Shown: one piece after another, positions 50,373 to 63,838 of the stretch
Layout: each line of letters starts with the position of its first letter
How positions within the stretch are numbered: position 1 is the first letter of the stretch
Source of the DNA: Squalus acanthias
Taxonomy: Eukaryota
Direction: 5' to 3'
NCBI GenBank assembly: GCA_030390025.1
Contig: CM059431.1
Coordinates: forward strand, 126,110,001 to 126,174,000
Length of the DNA: 64,000 bases
The notes under the pieces: model-generated
The model's input: only the letters and a program-made list of their open reading frames with translations
The model's database searches: none
What the model was told of the DNA's origin: nothing
Made by a program: the position numbers and the translations under genes

Positions 50373-52059
50373 TTAACAATAGTATCCCTTTGTGAGCTGA
50401 ACTGGATATATTTGTGTCTTTTGCATGTGTGCTTCTTGAATCTCTTCAAAGGTGGACTGAGACGATATATGTTAAGATGAGGCCAGATACAAATGATTGA
50501 ACTATTTTATTTTTCAGCGAACATACAGAGCAAGAGTTACGAACATGCTTACTTCGTTCAATCAGTACAATTTATGGAATAATACAAAATATGAACTTGC
50601 CGCACTTCCCCATGTTGGTGGATTATCTTGCTTGACTTAAACAAAATATCTCCTAACTACTCTTGTGCATTACAATCTTCTTGCATCCTTTGCTGGGCCT
50701 GATTCCTCTTGCAACTTTCTACTTTTTAAAACCGAACTGACTTTACAGTCTTGGTTGACCTCACTTTCTCTCTATTAATTTATTATTCCTCTGGCCAAAA
50801 AGAAAGGCCTGCTAGTTACGCCCTGCCAAGTGCCTAGGGCCAGAGACTTCCCAAAGCAATGTGCGTGAGGTGTTCAGCAATTATCAAGACAAGCTATTGA
50901 ATTGCTTATTATTTACAGTCTTTGGAGAAAGCAACTTCCATAAGCATATTAACTACCTATCACCTCAATGGTTTTTTTAAACTTGTGTGAAGGCACTGTG
51001 CTTTGAAACATTACATTTTAAAACTATTTTTTCCTCAATCTTTCTGTATAAAAATGGTCTAAAAATCTTGAAAAATGATTTTCTGGTGATTAATTTTAAT
51101 AACTCTAATGAAAACAATGTGCTTACACTATGACATAGTAGTTCTTTGTTAAGGTAAATAAATGTGCTAAGAATTGTGAAGCCATATATTTATCAAAGTA
51201 TGTCTTTTGAATAGACATTGGGAGAGTACAACCACTGCATTTTCCTTCTCAAGAAATTCTGAAATACTTTTCCTTATGTCCATTATTGTTGTGGATCTTG
51301 TTGCTTTACAACTTACTTCTTACTTACATTTTACAATATAATTATTAATAATAATTTAAGTTTGACTTAAAGTAAAAGTAAACACCTTATAAAATCCAAA
51401 AGTTACATTTCAATTGAATATTTTACACTTTAAATTCTATATTCTAACTTTGTAACTCGCCTGAGCACAGAAGAAATGTTAATAAATACATATCCAATTA
51501 AATTTCTGCAACTTTGTACTGCAATACACTGTATAAAAAAGATAATACACTGTATGAGTAATGGAATGCTCTTTATACAAAATAAATGTTTGGGAACCAA
51601 TTTACAAACCTAATGGGGATTGCATAAAATGCAGAAAGTTTCACATTAAGTATCTTTCTATTGTCTCCTGTGTCTTAACCCAAATAATCATGTTAGAAAC
51701 ATGTGCTCCTCAGGCACAGGTTGAACCAGAGTACTGGATGACTGTGAAAACTTTCAAAGAGTGAAGGGAGGAAATCATGTTATTTAGTTGGGAAGGATAA
51801 TCCTACACTCTAATATTTATAAACTGTAACTTCTGCTGTGCAATATTATTATAGAAACATTTAGCACATTCGTATCAAATTTCCCCACTATTTTAAGAGA
51901 GATGTTAACACATTTATTTCTTTAGTGCCTCATTAAAGTAGCAGATAGTGAAATGTAATACAAACACGATAAGTGTTTGTACAATATTGTATGGTGTAAT
52001 TTACAGGATTATAATTCCACTTACTTTCTACCTGTTGGATACACCACTGTAGAATAATT

Positions 52060-52195
52060 GAATCATAGAATCATACAGCATAAAGGAGGCCGATCGGCCC
52101 ATCATGCTTGTGCCGGCTCTTTCAAAGTGTTATCCAATTAGTCCCACTCCCCTGCTCCTTGCCCGTAGCCCTGCAAATTTTTCCTTTTTAACTAT
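52060..52195 (-). mobile_element. CR1 3' end fragment
   Basis: GAATCATAGAATCATACAGC tail and 3' UTR homologous to 58620-58757. Confidence 0.75.
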
Positions 52196-52384
52196 ATATT
52201 TACTTTTCTTTTAATTAAATTAATTAAATGAATATTCCCTTTTAATACTGTCAACTAAAAAACGCACTCAATTCCCACCTACTTTTTTGCCTTACTGAGA
52301 CCAATAATGCAGTCGCAGTGCTTTGCTGCCTTCAACATCACCCCCTAGGGGCAGCTTGCACCTAAGCACAAGTGAGTTGACCCT

Positions 52385-52615
52385 AATACGATAGCAAAAT
52401 ACTGCGGATGCTGGAAATCCAAAATAACAACAGAAAACGCTGGAAAAACTCAGCAGGCCAGGCAGCATCCGTGGAGAGAGAAACAGAGTTAATGTTTCAG
52501 GTAGAAGACCCTTCGTCTGACGAAGGGTCTTCGACCTGAAACGTAAACTCTGTTTCTCTCTCCACGGATGCTGCCTGGCCTGCTGAGTTTTTCCAGCGTT
52601 TTCTGTTTTTATTTT
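52385..52615. mobile_element. Penelope-like inverted pseudo-LTR insertion (palindrome)
   Basis: 97-bp arms 52421-52517 / 52519-52615; 14-bp TSD AGTGAGTTGACCCT (52371-52384, 52616-52629). Confidence 0.85.
52517..52551 (+). ncRNA. Minimal hammerhead ribozyme core
   Basis: CTGACGA, stem II (GGTC-TTC-GACC), GAAA, then CGTA; the 5' strand of stem I is removed by the inversion junction. Confidence 0.65.
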
Positions 52616-53109
52616 AGTGAGTTGACCCTGTCTGCTGCCGCAAGTTCAGTTCTTTTAAATAATATTCTGACTGTCCTGCTAAATAGCTCAAGAGCGAGTA
52701 TTTGGGTGGGGTGTGGGGGGTGGGGTGGTGGTGCAGCGGGAGGTAGGGGCCAGAATTTGGGTACAGACAACCAGGGAAGGATTGTTGGGTGCACATTGGA
52801 CAGTAGCACGTTTTTCCTGGGGTAGAGAGGAGATGCTGATGGAAGAGGGAGGGGAGGGTGGTGCAGGAGGCCACCAAGCAGAATTATTTCATCACCAAAT
52901 GCTGCTTAGGAGCTCCAGTCGCATAATAGTGAGGCCCTCAATTTAAATATTTTGAGGTTGAAATGAGTTTTACACACAGGCTCCCACTGCTCTATGTACT
53001 GGCCAGCCGTAGCTTGGTGCTCTGAACAACTCCAAGCCTGATAATATGGGGAACAGGCCCCCGATGGGTTTCAATGCAATTGGGATCGCACTCGCATTGC
53101 CCGCCGCAT

Positions 53110-53390
53110 AGAAAGAAAGAACTTGCTTTTGTATAGCGTCTTTCATGATCTCAGGATGTCCCAAAGTGCTTCACACCCAATTAAGTACATTGGAAGTGTA
53201 GTCACTGTTGTAATTTAGGGAAACATGGCAATCACTTTGCGCACAGCAAGGTCCCACAAATAGCAATGAGATAAATGACCAAATATTCTGTTTTTAGTGA
53301 GGTTGGTTGAGTGATAAATATTGGCCTTAACACTGAGAAAACTTGCCTGCCCATCTTCAAATAGCGCCGTGGGATCTTTTAACTTCAAGG
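53110..53390 (-). mobile_element. Deu-domain SINE (SacSINE1/AmnSINE1-like), body and tail
   Basis: Minus strand GGCCAATATTTATCACTCAACCAACCTCACTAAAAACAG...CTTGCTGTGCGCAAA; homologous to 11831-11945 and 63740-63838. Confidence 0.8.
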
Positions 53391-55136
53391 CTGACATTTT
53401 AATGATGCAATTGCTTTATCACAGCTAATTAATTTGGCCATTAGTCTGAAAGAGCAGATAATCTGAGTATTAAATGAAATCAGCCAAGTGATTCCACATC
53501 TTGGAAGAAAATATTGGATTATATTGGAAAATGTATCCTTGTCTTCATTCTTATTTACAGTCAATTAAACATTAAACAGGCAACACAATGCTCCATTGCA
53601 TTCATAAGGCTGTAGGGCAATATTGTTGACTTTTTTTTACTGTTAATGCTCTAAGAATTTTTATGCTTATTGCTACAATGTTACTTTTTACATTTTTTAA
53701 AGTGCAGAATTAACATATATACATTGTGATTAAAATCTATGAACTGACCCTGCTCAGAAAAACCTGCCTTAAGATTTTGTTAGATGATGACAGTCAAAAA
53801 TTGATACAAATGTTGCGTAGAAAATTACTCGAAGCTGTAACATTTTGAAAGTGATGTTATGAAATAATATTTGATGAAATATACATACAAATGCTATAAT
53901 TTTAACCTTACTTTGAACAGTGATAGTCAAATCATTTTCTTTATGACCAAGGGTGTTGGCCTGAATTTAATTTAATGGAGTACACAATTTCATCTGCTTA
54001 TCTTGCTTTTTTTTTCTTTCGGCTTGAATTGATAACTGATAATAATTTTATTTATTGAAATGCCATTGACGTTAGTCCTATTTTTACAGCTCAGAAAACT
54101 GAGCGATGATCTTAATTATAAATGCAGGTTTATTCAATCATTGATAAAGCAATTCTGAAGAGAGTCAGTACAGCAATAACAATGATCAGTTCTTAGTTAC
54201 CCTGGTTACGTTATTTATAGCCTAGTCAAATTTAATCCTGGTGAACTCCAAAAACAGACTATGTGATTTCAATATTTTTGGCTGGCATCAATACTGAAAC
54301 CAATCAATGACATCACTGATGGATCCGGCATTTGACTCCATCTCCGCACCATTTTTTAATAGAAATCATAAATTACATTTCAGTGACTGTCCCGTGGAGG
54401 GGGCTGGATGTCGATCTGCCCACAGTCCCCCTATGGAACTTCCTGGCCTTCTATCCACAGGGTGAAATCTCCTGCTCAGCAGCAGATATTCAGTGCACTC
54501 CACCGATCAGCTGCCCAAAAGTCAAAATTGACCCCTATAACCTTCCAGTTTCTAATGCTTCTCTTACTGCTATTGTTGTCTTAGTCTTGTTCCTTTGAAG
54601 GTTCATGAAAGAGTATATGGGCCATATTTTAAAAAGAACTGGACAACCCAGTGTTTGGCTAATATCCAGTTGTCCTCATCAGCAAGGTCTTGAAACAAAA
54701 GGAAATCAACTGATGATTGTAATTTCATAGACCTGCACCATTTCGTTTGATTTAGTGATCAATTACTGGTTTATGTTGGCTGCAGTTGAAAATTGGGTAG
54801 TACTTACTCCTGACAAGAAAATCTAGGCTATCATTCATAATAAGAAATCTATTCAAGTATATTTCAGCTTTAGTATTACATTCAAATGCTTCACTTAATC
54901 TCAAACTGGATTCAAAACCGATTTCTTCTTAGTTACAGAATTTGATCTTTGTGCCCAACAATAAAAATGCATTTAAATATATTTTATTTTGAAAAATCAA
55001 ACAAAATAACAGGAAGTTGATTCACATGGTATTGCACATGGCAACTCAGTGAATGTGATTTATCTCACCTGCTTTTATCTCTGTCTCCCTAACTCTTCTT
55101 TTCACTTCTTTGTTTCTTTTCTCTTTACTTCTTTTA

Positions 55137-58100
55137 GATGGGAAATTGAGAGCATGCGGGTTTGGGAGTGGGTCAGCAGTTATAAGCGCTGAAATTAACA
55201 GTGCGTCGGGGACCCGCCATCATCCCGCCACTTCCACCTTTCACTGGGGCGCGCTTCGAGGTGCGCCAAGCACCTGCTTGGGAGAGGCGGGCGACCTCAT
55301 TGATGTTGTTAACTGCTTGTTTGCAGACCCTTAACTGCCTTTTTAACGTCAGGTTTGAACTTTAATTTGTAGTGCACGGGATTCACGCACCTTGGGAACC
55401 TCACCAGTGAAGGGGAGGCAGAAGCTCAGTGGCTATTCTGCTACTTCATTAAGTGACAACTGGAAAAAGCACGCAAATACTCACACCTTACACCTGCTTC
55501 CTTGCCTAAGAGAAAGGCTCTTGCTGACTCCATGTTGTGCAGAGATTTAGCTTTAGGAGTTTGCTGGCGATTTCTGCAACCCTGGAAGCCACTCTCACTA
55601 CATTGCAAGTGACCCTCAGTACATTGGAGGATTGTGCTTCTGATCTCTACTTTACCTGGCATCTATCTGATCAGCATGGGTGCCGCTTATGCTGTCTCAC
55701 CTTGGATCTCAGATTCGAACCAAGATCAGCCCCAGCACCAACAACACCAGCAGCAGCAGCAACCACATCAACAGCCTTCTCCTCACTGACCTGATGCTCC
55801 ACAGGAGAGAGGTGATCAGAACAGGGGTGTACCTCGCCGGAGGCGATACCCCCAACACAGGGTATACAGGCAGAGGATGAGCTTCCTGGACATGATTGAG
55901 CAGCAGTGCTTCAGGAGGTTCAGGCTATCGTGCCAGGTCATGGCAGATATTTGTAGCTGCTGGAGCAAGACCTACTGCCCAGTGGACCTGGTGGACACTC
56001 CTTACCAGTGGCTGTCAAAGTCACCACCGCCCTCAACTTCTTCACTTCAGGCTCCTTCCAGGGATCTGCAGCAGACATCCAGGTGACCGACGCTATGTTT
56101 CGCAAGTCAGCCAATTATGCAAACTTTGCCACTGATGAAGCCAGTGTTACTGAGCGGGCGCTCAGCTTTACAGTTCTGGCTGGCTTCCCACAGGTGCAGG
56201 GCATCATTGACTGCACACATGTGGCCATCAAGTCACCCCATCATTACCCAGGAGTGTTTGTGAACCGCAAGGACTTCCACTCCCACAATGTGCAGCTCCT
56301 CTGCAACTATAAGAAGATCATGTATGTGTGTCCCAGATTCCCTGGCAGCTGTTGTGACTCTTTTGTGCTGCACCAGTCCACCCTCCCTCAGCTCTACGCT
56401 TCTCCAAACAGACTTACCGGCTGGCTGCCCGGAGACAAGAGCTAACGACTGAAGACATGGTTGAGGATAAACAATGAGACCAAAGAGCACTATAATGACA
56501 ACCACATATCCACCAGATGTGTCATAGAGCAAGCAATCGGCATGCTGAAGGTGCACTTCAGACGCCTTGACAGATTTGGAGGAGCTCTTCAGTACACACC
56601 AGCCAGGGTCTCCAGAATCATTGTTGTATGCTGCGCGCTGCATAACATAGTGCAGCAGCGAGGATTGGAGCTGCAGGAGGAGCAAGGCACAGAGCGCACA
56701 GCCTCTTCGGAGGAGAAGGAGGAAGAAGAACCTGAGGTGGAGATGGCATAAGCAGCGGCACACATTGCTGTCCAGGAGGCCTGGTGTGGCCTCATAATAG
56801 TCCAATTTACTTAACTTGCACCAGTGTATCCATCTGGCTGTGAGATGCTGTAACAATACTCCACCCCCCCATCGCCAATAACACCACAAAGTAGTCCTCA
56901 ATGACCAAGCCATTCCTGTCAACCAAACCCCATTGCTCGAGGTAAAGTAATGTCTCACCATTCACTCCAAGTGACAAATCAACTTCCGAAGTAGCAGGCG
57001 AAAATGGACAAGACCGGAAAGTAGTGCAACAAAATAAACTTATGTGCGTCATTAATAGAATTGAAACTTAACACTAACATTTTGGCAAACACTCATGTGC
57101 ATATCCTTGTGCATCTACAGTTGTGTCATTTTTCTTTTCTGAGTGCTTCTTCGAGGTGCAATTCCTATGGCTTCAGCAGAGGTCGAGGTAGACTGCTCAC
57201 ATCCCTGCTGCAACTGCTTTGACACTTTTGCCAGACGTCCTCTGGTTTTTAGACTGCTCCTCCTGCGGCTGTGCAGGGGCAGACTCGGCCATCGGGATCC
57301 GAGGAAGCATGTGGGGCTCTGACTGAGGTGGGGCAATGGGGGAGAAGTGTAACTGCTTTGAGAAGAGCCCCCACTTCCATGTCCCCTCTCACCATCATCC
57401 CTCTCATGGGCCACCTGCACTTCCCTGCTAGCAAGAAGCTGGAGAGCACCTTGCTGCACATCACTGAGGCAATAAACATCCAAGTCTATGTTGGTATCCC
57501 TCCTCGAGATGAGGTCAATGAGAGTCTACAATCTGTTGTTCACAGCAAGCATGTTCTCGTTCAACTGGTGCATTTGCTGTTCCATGCAGGTGATCATCCT
57601 TTCCATGGAACATCACATCGTCGCCATGGCCTGCAGGATGGTGGTGCTCATGTTGGAGATGGACTCCTCCATTCTCTGTACAATGGCACACATCGCGGCT
57701 GCAAAAGCTGCCAGAGCCACACGCATTTGTTGCTCCACCTCCAAGATCACCCTCTTGGTCGACGACCCCCCCGAGGTTCAGCATCTGCATCCAGCTGAGC
57801 TGAGCTTGGAGCGCCCTGCGGCGAGGACTCTCCACTGCTGTCCCTGCCTCCACCATCTGCTCTTGTGATCTGTGAGACACCAGGTGATAACACTACTCTA
57901 TGTCTCGCTGGACCCACCAAGTTGCACATATCTGCCCTGGTTCTGGGTGCGCATATGTCTGGTGAAGTTGCACCCTCAGAGACTGGAGCTTCCTCTGAGG
58001 AGTCGTCTTCCTTCTCCGGCATTGAGGGGTGAGGGGGGGGGGGTTGCAATTGATGGACCTGTGGAGGAGTAAAGACATGAATTAGAAATGCAATGATAAG

Positions 58101-59662
58101 AATGCGCAATGTTACCATTATGCACATGATGACATTTCACTGGCTGCTGACATCAAGTCACCATGAGTGACTGTTGTATGCCATGTGGCTGTGAGAGATT
58201 TAATTCTGTCACCAGGTTGCTTGGAGGTCGCCCTCTCTCCATTTCCCACCGCCAGCAGCTCTGCAACTCCAGTGATTTGCAGCGCCTCCTCCTCTGCTGG
58301 AGTCAATGCACTCTAAATTGGAGGGACACCTCCGGTTCATTACCTCTCCCGGAAGTTAGAGCAGAGAAGTTTGAAAGGAGATTTGATAGAGGTGTTCAAT
58401 ATCATGATGGGTCTAGACAGAGTAGATAGAGAGAAACTGTTCCCATTAGCAGAAGGGTAGAGAACCAGAGGACACAGATTTAAGGTAATTGGCAGAAGAA
58501 CCAAAGGCGACATGAGGAAAAACTTTTTGACGCAGGGAGTGGTTAGGATCTGGAATGCACTGCCTGAAAGGGTGGTGGAGGCAGACTCAATTGTGGCTTT
58601 CAAAAGGGAATTAGATAAGTGCCTGAAGGAAAAAAAATTGCAGGTTTACGGGGAATGGGCGGGTGAGTGGGACCAGCTGAAGTGCTCTTGCAGAGAGCCG
58701 GCACGAGCTTGACGAGCCGAATGGCCTCCGTCTGTGCTGTAATCATTCTATGTTCTAGGTTCTCTTCTCCTGCAAGGAGGGAAAGAAGAGAATTTTGAGT
58801 GAGAATGAGGAATGAGTGTAAGGAATGGATGGGCTACATGTGTAGAGGGTGACAATGGGGGAGTTGTGTAACATTGACAAATGGCCTCCTTCTGTGGCGT
58901 TACTTCCTATGATTGCATCAGGATGAGGGCGAGTGTCAGTGGTGATTAGTCAGATGGGGATGTGAGTAGGTGCAGAGAGAGTGAGGGATGGGTGCACCTT
59001 GCAAAGTAGGTTGGCGTGAGGATTGACGTGCAGGAGAAGGTAGAGTGATAGAGTTGAGGTGACTCACACATCAGGACGTAGTTGAATGTGGCATTGCACT
59101 CACCTTTCCTGACCTCATGAGATCATTAAATCTTTTACGGCACTGGATCATGGATTACCTAACTACATCCCTGCTGCTGACCTCCTCCGCGATCTCCAAC
59201 CATGCCCTCTTGGTCTCACTGGAAGGTCTCTTGCGCCCATCCCCAGGGAACAGGATGTCCCTGCATTCTCGAACTCCCTGGAGCAGGACTTCCAGGGAGG
59301 AGTCAGAGAATCTGGACGCTGCCTTCTGCCGCTGGGACTGCAGGCTCCCCTCAAGCCTCAGATGGAAATTCATTAGTTTCTGAACAAACACACCTCTGTC
59401 AAAGAGCTCTGATCCTCCTCCAACATTCTTCAAGTGTGATGTGTGGAAGGCCCCTTTAAATATCCGATCTCAAGGCGAGTCATTGATGATGTCATCAGAC
59501 TCGCTCCATTTAATTGGCCGGGAAACCCGCAGGCCTAACTCAATTGATCCAATTCAGTTAAACACAAGGTGGACAGCGCACTGCCGAGTGCTGCGTGAGG
59601 CTGACCTACTTAGCCGCCGCATCCTCCGCACCCGACTCGCCTCACAGGTAAAAATTCCAGCC
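55137..59662. mobile_element. Harbinger H4, decayed: transposase (+) 55676-56814, Myb gene (-) ~57115-59354
   Basis: [64 protein letters not shown]. Left end approximate. Confidence 0.87.
58354..58757 (+). mobile_element. 5'-truncated CR1 3' fragment inside H4
   Basis: RKNFLTQGVVRIWNALP; 3' UTR and ATTCTATGTTCT tail. Confidence 0.88.
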
Positions 59663-60026
59663 TATGTGTTTTGAGAATAGGCATAGGTTCTGTTATCATC
59701 TTTACAGATGTGTTGCGCCCATGTTGAACATGCTAACACTTTGGCCGTGATTTTGCTGGTGCTCAGAGGGCGAGTTTGGAGGCGGGTCAGAGGTTAAAGT
59801 TGTTTTGATTGACGGCGGGTTCATAAAAGCGGACCTGTAACATGGCTGACTTTCAGATGGCAGAACTTTGTTTTTTGAGGTGTTGGAACACATTTTCCAA
59901 GTCTATTGTGCTTGAAAGTGGTTAAGCCAAAATCCATATGCACTGTGACCTCCTTGGAAAACTCTCTCCCCACATTGACTGAGTGTTTATAACATCTATT
60001 CCCCAACTGACATATATACCAGCGGA

Positions 60027-61193
60027 ATGGGAACCATTTATACCCTCTCATCCTGGTCCTCAGAATCGGAGGAAGAGCAACCACGGTCGCAGCAGAACCA
60101 GGCACAACAGCAGCAGCAACAACAGGAGCGCCAACCTTCTCCTCACCCATCTGATGCTGCACAGGGCAGAGAGTGTCAGCACAGGGCTGCACCTCGCCGC
60201 AGGAGATACCCCCAACACAGGGTTTACAGACAGAGGATGAGCTTCCTCAACATGAGTGAGCAGCAGTGCCAAAGGAGGCTGAGACTTTTGCGAGAGGTCG
60301 TCGCTGACATCTGTGTAATGCTGCACCAACACCTGGAGCCAAGAGGAGCGGGTGGACACTCCTTACCAGTGGCTGTCAAAGTCACCACCACACTCAACTT
60401 CTTTGCTTCAGAGTCCTTCCAGGGATCATCAGCAGACATCCGCGGCATCTCCCACACACTTGCTTCACACAGGTTACCAATGCCCTCTTTGCAAAGGAGC
60501 ACAATTACATCCACTTCTTCATGGAAGAAGCAAGTGTAGCCGTGCTTCGTAGACTGCACACATGTGGCTATTAGGGCACCCCATCACAACCCAGCTGTAT
60601 TTGTGAACCGCAAGGGCTTCCACTCCCTTGACGTGCAGCTGGTGCGTAACCACAGGAAGAACATTTTGCATGTTTGCGCCAAGCTCCCTGGCAGTTGCCA
60701 TGACTCGTTCATCCTGTGGCAGTCTACTGTGCCTCAGCTCTTCAATCCGCCAACCCAACTTTCCGGATGGCTACTTGGAGACAAGGGCTATCCCCTAAAG
60801 ACGTAGCTAATGATGCCATTGAGGAGCCCATCAAACGAAGCTGAGGAGCGGTACTATGCGAGCCACATTTCAACCAGATCCATCATCGAGCAAACCATCG
60901 GCTTGTTCAAAATGCGATTCAGATGCCTCAACAGATCAGGTGGAGCCCTTCAGTACTCACCAGCCAGGGTCTCCAGAATCATCGTGGTCTGCTGTGCACT
61001 GCACAACATTGCACAGCAGTGTGGCTTACCGCTGCCTGAGGAACAAGTGGCTCAGCGCACAGCCTCCTCCTCCTCAGAGGAGAAGGAGGAGGAGGAAGAC
61101 CTTACGGAGGCGGATGTGCCAGTTCTACCAGCATGCGAGCACATTGCTGGCCGTGAGGCAAGGGATACACTAATCCATGCCAGATTTGCTTAA
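60027..61193 (+). pseudogene. Harbinger transposase of H5
   Basis: [54 protein letters not shown]; deletions and a stop. Confidence 0.92.
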
Positions 61194-61466
61194 GTTTACA
61201 AAGCAAACACATGTGGCTGCCACCTTCTTAACACACCATACACCATCTGTACAATAAACTGTGGGTTCCTATCACTCTCACCACCATCATGACAGATGAA
61301 AGGCACCCTGACACCTCACTGTGACACTTCCATTTCTGGGCACACATAGGCCAACTCTTTGAATGTTTGTCATCGCATTTCTTTATTACATTTGAAATGA
61401 CGATGATAATCTTCAATTTGTATTACATCAAAACACCCAAGTGACTACCCTCGTGACTATTGTGTG

Positions 61467-63300
61467 TTAACTTTCTCTTACGTGTGCTTCTACGTGGTGC
61501 TTCCCCTGTGGCTTCAGCAGATGTTGAGGCACCTTGCTCACTTTCATGCTGCTTCTGCATCGACACTTTGGTGGGTGTCCTCTGGGTTTGGGAGCCTGGG
61601 GGGGCTCGGCAATAGTCTGCTCCTCCTGCGGCTGTGCAGGGGCTGAGACGGCCATCTCAGTTGGGTGAGGAATCTGGGGCTCTGACCGAGGGCTCCGCAG
61701 TGGCATGGGAGTGTGAGCGCTTGGAGAGGAGCCCACACTTCCTTGTTGTCGACCACCAACATCCCTCTCATGGGTCGACTGCACTTTACTGTTAGCAAGT
61801 AGCTGGAGAGCACTTTGCTGCACATCAGTGGGGCCATGAGGACCCATCTCTGCACTGACAGTCCTCATAACAGGGATGTCCATGTACCTCTGGTGTCTCT
61901 CCTCAATAGCTGCCCATCTATCCTCCATAGCAGACCATCTATTTAGAAGAGTTACCTTGCTCTGTTAAGTCTGGCGACTTATGTCCTCCAAGGAGGTTGC
62001 CACCCTCTCCATGGTGGCACATTCATGTGCCATTGCCTCCACAAAGGCATTGCTTATGTTTGAGATAGAGTCCCCCATTCTCTGTACACTCGCAGTTACC
62101 GTGGATGCATCACTCTCTTTCTGGATGGCCTCAGAGGCACAGGTTCCACGTGCAGCTGAGCAGAGCTAGGAGCACCCTGCGGCCTCCGACCTGGACTCTC
62201 CGTGCTGTCCCTGTCTCCACCATCTGCTGATGCTCACTCGTGAGCTGTGATACACCAGGTGACAACACTAATCTATCGAGCGAATGACCCACCGAGGTGT
62301 GCGTCTCTGCGCTGGTGCTGGCTGAGCTCAACTCTGCTAACGCTGCTCCCTCAGAGGTTGCAGCATCCTCTGAGGAGCCTTCCAGCTCTTCTAACTGGAC
62401 AGTGGGGAGGGGGGCTCTCGATGGTCCTGTGGGGGAGAAAAGGCATGAGTTAGACATGTGATATTAACACAGCAAGCACATCGAATTGTGCAGATGTTCA
62501 GAACTCAATCTGTATGAACATCAGATGCCATATCAGTCACTCATGCAATGTAACTGAGAGGGCTGCAAATCTATTGTCACCAGCTTGTTCTACTGCGCCC
62601 GTCTCACCATCCCTCACTTCCAGATCCTCAGCACCTCTGATGATGTCCAGAGCTGCCTCCTTAGCGGTGGTCAAGTGGGCAATCTAAGGTGGCCCTCCTC
62701 CTGTCCTGCCCCTCTCCCTCTTATTGTGGGCTCTCTTTCCCTGCAATGAGGGACACAAGTGGAGTTTTAGTGAGAATGTTGGAGTGAGTGTAGGGAATCC
62801 ATAGCATAGACGCTTAGAGGGAGACAAAGATGGAGTGAGGTGCCAATACCAAGGGCCCTCCCTGTGCATTGTTAGTTGTTGTCATTGCATAACAGTGATA
62901 GCGAGTGTGAGGGGTGCATAGTAGAATGGTGAAGTGATTCTGTACATAGAGAGAGAGGGATGGTTAAGGGTGCAAGGGATGTAAGGGTAAAGTGGGATGT
63001 GCAGGAGTAGGTTGACAATGCAGAGTGCTGGTGATGAGAGGAGATGGGGAGCAGATTGAAGGCAAGTGTGATGTTATACTCACTTTTGCTGAGCGTAGCA
63101 GATCATTGAACCTTTTCCTGCACTGAACCCAGGAGCGAGCACACAAAGATCTGGAGCTCACCTCCTCAGCAATTTGCAGCCAGGCTGCCTTGGTTTGCTG
63201 AGGAAGCTTCCTTCATCCATTTGAGGGGAACAGAACCTCTTGGTGCCCTCTCACTCCCTCCACAAGAGCATGGAGGGAGTCATCTTCGAATCGTGGAGAT
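61467..63300 (-). pseudogene. Harbinger Myb/SANT gene of H5, intron-containing
   Basis: RSWVQCRKRFNDLLRSAK followed by a GTGAGT donor; downstream exons homologous to H4. Confidence 0.82.
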
Positions 63301-63599
63301 GCCTTTGATCTTGAAGCAGTCATTTTCAGATGTGCCACAGCAAGAAGCAGAATAGGAATGATCAACAACAAGGCTGCATGGGCCCCTTAAATGCAGCTGG
63401 CTGAGAGACGTCAGCAGAGGCGAGCAGCAGACCTGAACCCACTGATTGGGCCGGGTAGCGCGCAGATTAAACCGGCAGCGGTTCCGGAACCCGCCGAACA
63501 TCGAACCCGACTCCAACCTACCTCCACTCGGAAAATCGCGGCCTTTATCTCTATAATTTGTGACCGAGTCAGCAGTCTTCACTTTGAGACCCAGGGGAA

Positions 63600-63838
63600 A
63601 ACCAAGGAACTTGAACACAAAATCTAGGCTGACACTTCAGTACAGTACTGAGGGACGCTAGTATGTTGGAGGTGCTGTCTTTCTTATAAGACATTAAACC
63701 GAGGCCCCGTCTGCCTTCTCAGTGAGTGTAAAAGATCATATGGCACTATTCTGAAGAAGAGCATGGGAGGTCTCCCATGTGTCCTGGTCAATATTTATCC
63801 TTCAACTAACTTCACTAAAAACAGATTATCTGGTTATT
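63600..63838 (+). mobile_element. Deu-domain SINE fragment
   Basis: AAACCGAGGCCCCGTCTGCC...CAATATTTATCCTTCAACTAACTTCACTAAAAACAGATTATCTGG. Confidence 0.75.

Larger units (their letters stand above)
59743..63543. mobile_element. Harbinger H5 with both ends
   Basis: TIRs GGCCGTGATTTTGC / GGAAAATCGCGGCC (12/14); 3-bp TSD TTT on both sides; two convergent genes. Confidence 0.92.

Noticed and set aside
50505..50703. Possible plus-strand exon after TTTTATTTTTCAG
   Set aside because: Open ~60 codons but no recognisable homology and no partner exons.
56008..61193. Domesticated HARBI1 or NAIF1/MSANTD host genes
   Set aside because: All copies are frameshifted, multi-copy and lie in transposon layout with TIRs.
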